Below, piece after piece: positions 21,401-27,800 of a stretch of 64,000 bases of DNA. The stretch spans positions 3,145-67,144 of the IMG/VR virus record IMGVR_UViG_3300020472_000021; one strand, 5' to 3'. Position 1 is the stretch's first letter. The number at the start of each line of letters is the position of its first letter. The DNA comes from a virus (Duplodnaviria; Caudoviricetes). Made by a program: the position numbers and the translations under genes. The notes under the pieces were generated by a model, which saw only the letters and a list, made by a program, of their open reading frames with translations, made no database searches and was not told where the DNA came from.

Positions 21401-24348
21401 TTAACAGTAACACTAGTTGATGTAGAACCAGTAATAGCAAGAGATCTACCAGAAGCTTGATCTTTTAATGCACGAGGATACTTCTTAGTAACCTGATTAC
21501 CATCCATTGCACACTTGAAATGTAATGAATCATTGTCAATAGTGATACTTTCACCAGTTGATAAGGAATGAGTTCCAAGTGTTAATGTTAAATCTCCAGT
21601 TGTAGGATCATATGCAGCAGCAGTAGGTGTCCATTCATCATTTGCAGGTGACACACCAACATTAACAGTAAATGTATCTGTAGTTGTTGCTGTAATAGGA
21701 AGTGCTTTTGAACTAGCAGGGTCTGTTGCTCTAGGATATGCGTGCTCGGTAGCATTACTATCCATAGCACAAGTAAAGGTTAAACCACTATCAGCAATTC
21801 TAATACCTGTTCCTTCTGAGAATGAGTGACCTGCTATTGTAAATACTAAATCTCCAGTTGCAGGATCGTATGTTGCATTAGTTGGTGTGTAGTTTGAAGA
21901 TGCTGTACCACCAATTTCATATGCAGCATAGTAACTTTTTGCAAATTGTGAGTTAAGTCTACCAACTGCTTCTTCTGCAATATACTCTCTGTTATTTCTA
22001 ATCAACAAAGAAGCATCCTGATATCTTCTATTAACAGGAGTTGCTATAGGGAAACTGTTTGGAGAGTTTAGTAGTGATAATGTAACAGTTTTAGAATATG
22101 TTTTAACTGTTGCAAATTGACCAGGACTGAGGTTAGCATCAACAATCGCTGGCATCTTCTTAGGAATAACAAATCGTCTGCAACGACCATCATTATCTTC
22201 TAAGACTTTATAAATTCTTTGCTTACCATTTAATTCTGATAAGTCTGGACTTGAAGTTGGAAGACCTTCAATTAAAATTTCTTGACCGTCTTTATATTCG
22301 TGAGTGTTAGTTCTACCAACAAGAGCATTAGTGTAGAATATAATACCACCCACATCTTCAGCATTACCAAACTGTGAGTTTTGGAAACCACCTGTAGCTA
22401 TAGCAGCATCTCCTTGTTGTGAGAAGTCAATTCTAGAAATAGGTAACGTTGAAGTATAATCTTCATCTACTGATACAACTTCACCTTCTGCCCTGATTGA
22501 CTTAATGGCAGTGGTATCAACTGTTTCAATTTGTGGTGTTGCTGCATTAATCGTAAAGGAACTAGCACTAGAAGTATCCCAACCAGGAGAATTAAGAATA
22601 GGAACGAATGTTACATCCCAGTAAGTAGGAGCATTTGTAGTATCAATTGCTATTACTTGATAATAACCTTGAGTAAAGTTAGTATCATTAGTATCATCAA
22701 GGAAAACATATGTACCAGCAGGGGCAGCAGTTGAAGGATCCTGTGTAAATCTTAATTTGTTAGTACCAGCAGCCTGTGAAATATTCAGACTTATAGCACC
22801 ACCAGTACCAGCAGATATAATATATTCAAATCGTTCACCTTCAACAAAGGAACCACTTGTTAAGTTAACATCAATAGTACCATTAATATATGCACTAGCA
22901 CCAGTTGTTTGAGCAAAATCTACAGCAATAATTTTTGCTCTAGCACCAGTGTTAACACCAACCACTTCTAGGTTGTTTACTAGATTTACTAGACCTGTGT
23001 TCTGTTGGAATGTAACACGGAACTGATCTGGACCAAAGATTTGGTGACCTATAGGATAACTCGTTCCAGCATCACCATTAGCATCAACATCAATAGCAAC
23101 ACGCTGCTTGTCATCAAAGACCATCGCGTAGTCCCAAGTAGCAACTGGGTCACCATTGGAGTCAATCTGGTCTCTAAATGTTACACCAATAACGTAGTTC
23201 TTATCACCAAACTTAAATACGTGCTTACCTGGATTAGAAGGACGGATAATAACCAAACGTAGGTTGTCACCAACGATTGATGCATCAGGTGGAATTGATA
23301 TTGGGTTGTCTTCTACATAGTCTCCACCCGAAACAATAATTGTTTCTTTAACACCAGGAGTAGCCCATGCTAACTGACATGCTTTTTTAATAGTTCTTAC
23401 AGGGTTTACCGCAGATCGACCATCGTTAAGGTCAGAACCAATCTGTGATGAAACATAAACACGACCACCAACGTCATTCGTTGCTAGGTTAAGTACGTAT
23501 TCTGTAGTTGCAATCTTATCTGATCTATCACCTAACAGTGGTGTAATAGATCTTGGGAATATACCAGCTTCTCCAGTTTCTCCATACTTAAATTCTAATT
23601 GGTCTACAACGTGGAAACCAATATGTTTTAGATCAACATCACCATTTTTTACAATTCCATCAGCGTGTGTTGGAGCATCACTACCTGTTTGTCCAGCAGT
23701 AACTGCTTGATAAACGTTAGCACCAAAATATCTGTAAGAATCCTTCTGGATAATAACATTAGCTGCCCATGGAATACCAGTATTATTTTGATACGTCTTT
23801 AAATTCGGTCCCCTTAAGTTTGCATCAGGAGTAACGAAGTTATCAATATCAAGGTTTAGAATTCTAGCAGTATCAGAAATGATAGATGTAGAAGTTCTAA
23901 TAGCACCGTTGATATCAAGTTCGTAATCAACTGTGTCAAGAACAGCATCAGCAGTTGCACCAGCACCGCCTCCACCACTTATAGTTACCGCAGGAGCAGT
24001 TGTATATCCGTAGCCTGGATTATTAACAGCAATAGAAACGACTTTACCGTTGAAAATAAACGCGGAAGCAAGCGCATTAATTCCGTCAGAACCACCAGGA
24101 GGCGCAACTGTTACAGACGGTTGAGTCGTATAACCAGCACCACCATTAGTGATATCAATGTTGTTAATTCTTTGTCCAGTTCTATTAATACCTACACGAG
24201 GTAATCCAGTTGCTGTATCGAGTTCTGTACGAAGAATCTCTCTTTCTAGAGCTCCTGTACCCCCTCTAATTGTTAATTCATTATCACCGATAAGTTTCGG
24301 GTTGACACCCCTAAACTTCTCTTTATCGGAATTAATATGCAAACTCAT
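12442..24348 (-). CDS. giant (3968 aa) tail fibre / virion structural protein
   Basis: GxGYT.AP.V repeats, VYVS..GSDLNDG..P.RTIKKA pectin-lyase-like start, ten ~90-aa YxPxTG/TFTC/YPR repeats, SGLDADLLDG fibre motifs, C-terminal SAGPITI...W.IV connector. Confidence 0.85.
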   Translation of the reverse strand: MSLHINSDKEKFRGVNPKLIGDNELTIRGGTGALEREILRTELDTATGLPRVGINRTGQRINNIDITNGGAGYTTQPSVTVAPPGGSDGINALASAFIFNGKVVSIAVNNPGYGYTTAPAVTISGGGGAGATADAVLDTVDYELDINGAIRTSTSIISDTARILNLDIDNFVTPDANLRGPNLKTYQNNTGIPWAANVIIQKDSYRYFGANVYQAVTAGQTGSDAPTHADGIVKNGDVDLKHIGFHVVDQLEFKYGETGEAGIFPRSITPLLGDRSDKIATTEYVLNLATNDVGGRVYVSSQIGSDLNDGRSAVNPVRTIKKACQLAWATPGVKETIIVSGGDYVEDNPISIPPDASIVGDNLRLVIIRPSNPGKHVFKFGDKNYVIGVTFRDQIDSNGDPVATWDYAMVFDDKQRVAIDVDANGDAGTSYPIGHQIFGPDQFRVTFQQNTGLVNLVNNLEVVGVNTGARAKIIAVDFAQTTGASAYINGTIDVNLTSGSFVEGERFEYIISAGTGGAISLNISQAAGTNKLRFTQDPSTAAPAGTYVFLDDTNDTNFTQGYYQVIAIDTTNAPTYWDVTFVPILNSPGWDTSSASSFTINAATPQIETVDTTAIKSIRAEGEVVSVDEDYTSTLPISRIDFSQQGDAAIATGGFQNSQFGNAEDVGGIIFYTNALVGRTNTHEYKDGQEILIEGLPTSSPDLSELNGKQRIYKVLEDNDGRCRRFVIPKKMPAIVDANLSPGQFATVKTYSKTVTLSLLNSPNSFPIATPVNRRYQDASLLIRNNREYIAEEAVGRLNSQFAKSYYAAYEIGGTASSNYTPTNATYDPATGDLVFTIAGHSFSEGTGIRIADSGLTFTCAMDSNATEHAYPRATDPASSKALPITATTTDTFTVNVGVSPANDEWTPTAAAYDPTTGDLTLTLGTHSLSTGESITIDNDSLHFKCAMDGNQVTKKYPRALKDQASGRSLAITGSTSTSVTVNVGAAGTNRDFTASGATYDPATGVMVLTVGQHGIRTGDSIMIDNDALTFTCAMDGHATKHSYPRLDIDPTSGQAIGVTAVGETQHTVTDATYTPATGVLQLTVSGHGFSNGDYIKLDDDSLRLTCALDSNGSNHDYPRAGYDKASGRWLQIGNITTNTFDINVGISQDTSTHTFVSAVSNGLKRQDGTLTVNVGTSPQVTYTPTNASYTASTGNMVLTLGAHNLQVGDNIKLADGALTFSCAMDGNTANKSYPRTNIDTHTATNAAYNPSTGLLTLTTPNHGMSNGDLIKLDDNSLTFTCLEDNNGSNHTYPRATDPISGHWIPVQNVTLNTYTIQVLDTVPSTNQTTHAFVSATTDGIKQKRDRAYDSSLEVIAVGNTAHTVTGAAYNPSTGVMQLTIAGHGFSNGDRVRLGNNSLTFTCGLDNNATQHSYPRTSDPGGGGDWLAVSQVATDTFEINVGTSSDTSTHSFVSAITGGLTHQSGDITINVGASPSVEYTPTNATYDPATGLLEMTIGTHNLNTGQGVSLTNEGITFTCGLDSNATQHSYPRANGQGGATADDPAYNTSVSITATTATTITVNVGTSSDTSAHVYVSANQGFVVSGGNYSHTFVSATSGGLVSGGSYAHTFISGSTNGIKFRPSTAHTFVTADTNCVKNRPQTVHTFVRAASNCLSTGGTTFKVYLGQTPEVHTYVSGGTVDFGGSSYNISDFVYDNAITGIATVTVTAAVPNIAEDATIKLDSILMSCSSGQKTYPSFSPPTSGNNNQPNGDEQCKQDIRHFLNAVIRDLEYGSNHNVIEAAKKYIVGAKVEYVENEIIQTVRGIEYARELAIYAMCNWHTGDSRLTTDPLYVAEHTALTQYRDTTIINTTAGSPRCDDVRAAIDTLSYLFVDVLSNNAANVYLDGAYLIARNKDLIADQVLLDVEKKYPNANLSDLNQRKCRRDVGLILGGLVRDLVLGGNSGIVSRAELYFTGTALTGIQPSMLAQTLYAYQKVKEYAINALSNWTGYAGTHTFVSGTAGGITPNAGSAVTAAAGTTYNATSGDMVLEIGSHSLTTSNTVQIANGAVTFTCDLDANSTNHAYPRATDPASGATLAISAVTATTITVNVGAASNVPHVGTANAATYTASTGNLTVTFPDPSKAVKTSHRIAFRENALKFTCDVDSNATEHSYPRRVAADKKAYGKSLEITNVSSAGGNTTVTCNVGAAGSASASTHAFVSGLANGIVIVYDQVVTTSPIPKYEDWNITLYTGGTPKCANIASSIATEMDLLEDILDGTILPGATTQTTGTLYDTALLTSYPDSYIYDSNNVRSAVRSDYDEYPIIEASPYTQNSSVISFLGGNGAFIDGAKVKQPNCPFTGLELDGSATYPNQGKSMVASAFTIVSFGGTGYKIINDGYVQLVSVFVIFCADGVLCESGGYASITNSATNFGQYALRGVGFSATPYVFDIATISNVSSTPTGRTILTVSGLGREPLEHYVVKINGYTNTNTEIEYFVDVVSAVTVGPPFSAQLTIDDGTGGGMDLTDVSTGNAVSTSVLLGKTINLHRPSIVNSSSHTWEFAGSGTNYLALPENGGTKIEANEQVSQNYGRVYVSGTDELGDFKVGTFARIENRTGNITFTGTVTISEVEFLKLKGGDVVVTGFDDSNTLGGANASDSKLPTQKAVKDYITNNLGPFINKPYSTNAVPRALVELTDSGKISVDQIPALRPFSVYTVADEPERLALEGALAGDIAIQQDTSQSFILNNDLTSLFLGFAFDSNLAFTIGDIFEGSVSGGRIQSTEYRTGVVYTVNVTNSGSGYTIAPAVTVSGGNPGGGAVAASVTCTIANGEVVTATIIDFNGYVGGKGYTTAPTITFAAPPGAGTQAQGNCLIESRVYGTIVNKLKIEDTDTFDDSTTPTANTVNINRVVNTSCSLAANWVSLSTNQIAAADITSGVIETDRLASGGAANSFTFLRGDQNYALAMQSLKGAENRYFAQLYSQATSGTNSLIFQTNQNALIGHEVKNTVNGIQANTNITGIVTAGGLTTVAINNPINQTIASGTIIEFERGASPVTFESTYTQGNFVDDVIISNGGSGYTNGQYYDIPLTGGSGVDLKANFVVSGNAVTDVTVTNGGSGYSADFSITVAPTAIGTGSGLVLEAKVSTVNRQYANVAIDVQRVTDQTISADLYGTIGVSRYKKSQFDIGLAGNGSVVLKTGADSGLDADLLDGAQGAFYLNSGNQNSGTLPTDRLSGTYNISISGSSQNTIRLITGTNNPTSNPAPNNFVEGVIANTVFNSANSLSDGGTRNLVMTIRNGGSGFDATYGGIRQLAFTDNDNMWMRGSGTGVSTFGSWGKVWTSLNDGVDSDLDADRLDNRQGDWYQNAYNLNSGIMSDNRLPGFISPRSYQDRLVVKTFNGDAKYQIYVQGLILNSSPFTPGNPVNLYNANAQAVGSYTIDAITINDDVNDNFNDYSILIGRLTSGNFTGALTIGTASNRVPFQDFTIEDDNTFEVTRLESDSGTAKLRLGRKDGQASSPAVYFNSSASAASNYNVALIAAGGTTTDGSGTLEVKVANADGLEVNGATVWNAGNITFQVNNIANTAVKRDGSGNFSAGTITGSLSGAASLNVLKTGDTMTGSLTLAGGSSNLSIGGTVGVTGVTTLSNDLNVDAGVLFVDASANRVGINVGTSPSAALDLRSDEGIFLKSATNAIATGARIRFSDHTGGYSQIGTLRYNHADSASPAGEYGEGFTMEGTESDLYLRVVGDVIASRYLGVGINREPDFALEVAGTAMITGTLNIDQDDDNSGARINLRGSSSYRNFRVSNQTVGNHFFAIQASTDNGGTTWNTTPAIAVDGSNNRVSINTTTNSGTDPNNNTARTYQLTVQGDMNLNGQFFQNNAEFVTSRWTESSNGNDIHRISKVGINKANPSYDLHVGGTSNFEGIGYINGDTMWIDTYGIFKSNRNTVSENVTIPANTNCVSAGPITIANGYTVTINSGGNWAIV
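19372..21900 (-). repeat. eight nested ~90-aa repeat domains inside the giant fibre gene
   Basis: Repeated Y(D/N/T)xxTG..H..G..TFTC.MD..HxYPR..TVNVG...HTFVS; two further copies at ~17720-18380. Confidence 0.85.
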
Positions 24349-24384
24349 GGTGCTTCCTATTAGGCCGTCGTTTATCCTAAACTA

Positions 24385-24391
24385 TATTTAG
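24385..24391 (-). promoter_or_regulatory. late promoter CTAAATA
   Basis: Intergenic, upstream of 3968-aa gene. Confidence 0.7.
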
Positions 24392-24393
24392 CA

Positions 24394-24894
24394 TTAAGAC
24401 CAAGCAATAGTGTGAACCTTAGTGCATACAGCCCATTTAATTGTTTGTGTAGTACCAGCCCTTGTAGTCGAGTAACTAAATCTATTTGTTGCTCCCAGTG
24501 GAATTATACTCCAGGTCTCACCTGCTGGAATATCATCCTTAATAACTGTCTCGAATGTTGATAGAATAGTAACTTGACCAATATTGTCGCATTTAACAGC
24601 AGTCTCTAACTTTCCTGTATGAACAGTACCTGCTGGATTAACAGCAATAAAGTGACCATCAATAAAACTTAGTGTATTATTTGCTAATGTAATTTGAGTA
24701 CCAACATTATCTAATTGCAATACAGCAGTGTTGATACCTCGCATAATATATTCAACATGATGACTATCATCATAGTAACGATTTTTTACTTCTAAAGTAT
24801 TGAGATTCTTACAATTCTTATTTTCATCTATGACAACAGTCTTGTCTAACGAAAATCCACCTTGCGAATCAAATTTGTCTAGTGTTGTTGCCAT
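24394..24894 (-). CDS. virion structural protein (hypothetical)
   Basis: 166-aa beta-rich ORF packed between fibre genes. Confidence 0.7.
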   Translation of the reverse strand: MATTLDKFDSQGGFSLDKTVVIDENKNCKNLNTLEVKNRYYDDSHHVEYIMRGINTAVLQLDNVGTQITLANNTLSFIDGHFIAVNPAGTVHTGKLETAVKCDNIGQVTILSTFETVIKDDIPAGETWSIIPLGATNRFSYSTTRAGTTQTIKWAVCTKVHTIAWS

Positions 24895-24896
24895 TT

Positions 24897-27800
24897 TTAT
24901 TTCTTGGTAATGTTGGATACAATAGTAACCTTGACGGTATGAGTGTTAGTAACGTTAGTTGCTAAACTAAAGTTTAATCTAACTTTATTTTGTGCGGTAT
25001 ATTCAAAAGTAGAATCAATTAACTTACCACTTGTTTGCAGATTACCATATTCACTATGATAAACATTTGCTCCATCATCAGTAACACCAAATTCAACAAA
25101 TTCCTTATGATTAGTATTGGTATTTTCAGCAACTATAACAACCTTCGCACCTTTTTCTGTTGCAACTTCATAAATGTCAGTGTTACCAACGTTAATTGAT
25201 CCCTTGACCATTTGTACTATATCAGTTTTGATCTTTGCATCAGCAAGTTCAAAATCTTTAAGGTCGCTATCGAAGATTTTAACTCCATTATAGTTACCTG
25301 TACCGAATCCAGTATTTAGATAAACATCACCAAGATAATCAAGTCTAAGAACTGGTTCAGTGTATATACCACTAGCAACACCAATATCAAAGTTTTGCTT
25401 ACTGGTGTATAAGAATGTCTTAGATGCCTGAGTATTATCTAGGGTAGTTGCAGCACTATCAAATGTCATCATAGATGCTGTAATTTCAAACTCATCAGAA
25501 GTCTGACTTCTAATAGTATCTACAGCATAGAAATCTAATGCGGTAGTAGTGAGTCGCATAGACTCAGCACCATCGTTATAGAAGAATAAAGTATTCTCAT
25601 TAGATCCAGCAGATAGTTCTGGAATAATATATGTATTCTGATCAACGTCTCTTACACCACCCAGAGAACCCCAGTTAGTTCCATCATAACCTTCATACTG
25701 TGAAGTAGTGCTGTTATAACGTAGAGATCCTTGAACTGGTGTACCTCTTTCTGCTGTAGTACCAGCAGGAACAGCAAATGTTGTATTTGTATTAACAACA
25801 ACTTTCTTACCAGCATTAGGTTGAATAATTAAATCATTAGTATCTGTAGAAATCTTATTACCAGAGAATCTAAGATCATCATTGATACTAAGAGCAGTTG
25901 TACTGTTGTTAGGACCAATCTTAACAAGGTTAATATCTTCAAAGGTTAAATCAGCCACCGCCAATCTATCCCATAACATATCAGTAGTACCGTTTGCCTG
26001 AGTACCAGATGTATGAGTTGGTTCGTTACCTGAAGTAGCAGATGTACCAGCAGATGTTACCTTATACAGGTTGTTCTTATACTTAACATAATCATCAACT
26101 GCATATGGAGTATTAGCAGCCCATTCTGTAAATGCAGGTGCAGTAGTATTAATCGAACGTAATTTCTTAGTATTAACAAACTCTACGTAATTTGGAGAGA
26201 TACGAATAGAGTTAACATTATCGTTAATGAACCAGTGAGTGTTATCGTTAGCACCAACTGTTTCTTCTGCCAATAGATATGTGTTTCCATCAAGGTCTCT
26301 TACACCTCCAAGAGATGCCCAAGATGTTGTGTTTTGATTATAACCCTCATAAGAGTTAGAATCTGTGTTGTATCTAATACAACCATCCTTAACAATACCT
26401 GCTGTTGGTCTAGCTGCTGTATCACCAGAAGGAACTGCAAGAGCAGTGGTAGTAGCTACGTCAACAATTCTTCCTGTATCAGGTGATAGTTTAATATCGT
26501 AACCAGCAAGAGAATTGATAGATGCATCAGCAGCTAATATTTTTAAGTTATCACCCAATCTAATATCAGGAGAATTGAAGAAACCACCCATAGTGGTATC
26601 TCCAGTAGATACTATAGTACTCCAAGTAGTTCCAAACTTAACATTCTTTGATGTCAGAGTAATATCATGAGAGGCAGGATCATCAACTGCAATCGTCATC
26701 GAAGTTGCAGCAGTAATTGATGGGATTGCAGCAGTAGTTAATGTTGCAGTATCAGAACTTAAATTGTTTATAGTACCAGTTGTAATAGTACCTGTTGAAC
26801 TTTGTAAATCTACAGCACTGAAAGCACCTGTTAATACATTACCATTAATTATTTCTTGTACAACAACATCAGTAACTTGTAATTGGAATCCACTACCAAA
26901 TGTCTTAGGGTTAACTGTATTAATAGTAAATGATGCCTCATCATTATCATCGCCACCCTCATTGGCGTGAGTCGATTGCTCAGTACCACAATAGTAATAA
27001 AGAGTTGGTGTATTATCAGTAATTTTAATCGTTAGATCAGTTCCTGTTCTTGTTACACCTGTGATATATTCAGCACCAAAGATATTAAGAACTACAGCAC
27101 CAGCAGTTGTTGGACTCTCACTAAGAGTTATTTGTGTACCACTATCAACAGAAGCAATAACAGTCGTAGAAGGAATAATACCATCACCACTAACTTTAAC
27201 AACCTTCATACCTGCCAGCATTCCAGATGTAGAATTAAGAGTTACTTGTTTAGTTGTAGTTGCTAGTGTCGCAGATATATTCTCAAATCTGCTAGGAGCC
27301 CACTGACCATCTCTAAACTGTGATAGAGAGAATACGTGACCACCTAAAGTTCCCGAACTTAAATCAAACTTATAACTGTTACCAGCATAGAATGTCGCAC
27401 TAGGTGTATACTGAACACCATTACCATCTCCTTTGTCAATATAGAAACGATATTCATCAGTAACAGTTGCAATCTTATCTCCTGTAGTTGGAGTACCAAC
27501 ATCCTTTACCAAATAATCATTAGCATTGATTGATAACTTATCACAAATTATCTTCTGTATGAATCCACCATTAGCAACAATTTTTCTAATAATAACAGCA
27601 GTTTGAGCATTACCAACGCTACTAACTGTCATTACAATATCATCAGCAGGAGATGCACCACCAACTAAGTTACCAGTAATAGTGATAGTATCATTTGCTT
27701 GATAAAAAGCACCAGAAGAAGTTGTAGTTATTGTAGCAGATAACACTGCTCCAGTTGGACTACGACTAACATCAAAGGTAGCATCAACACCATTATTATT

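Noticed and set aside
10003-24348. Diversity-generating retroelement or invertible fibre cassette
   Set aside because: No reverse transcriptase or invertase and no near-identical nucleotide repeat pair seen; the repeats are diverged at protein level.
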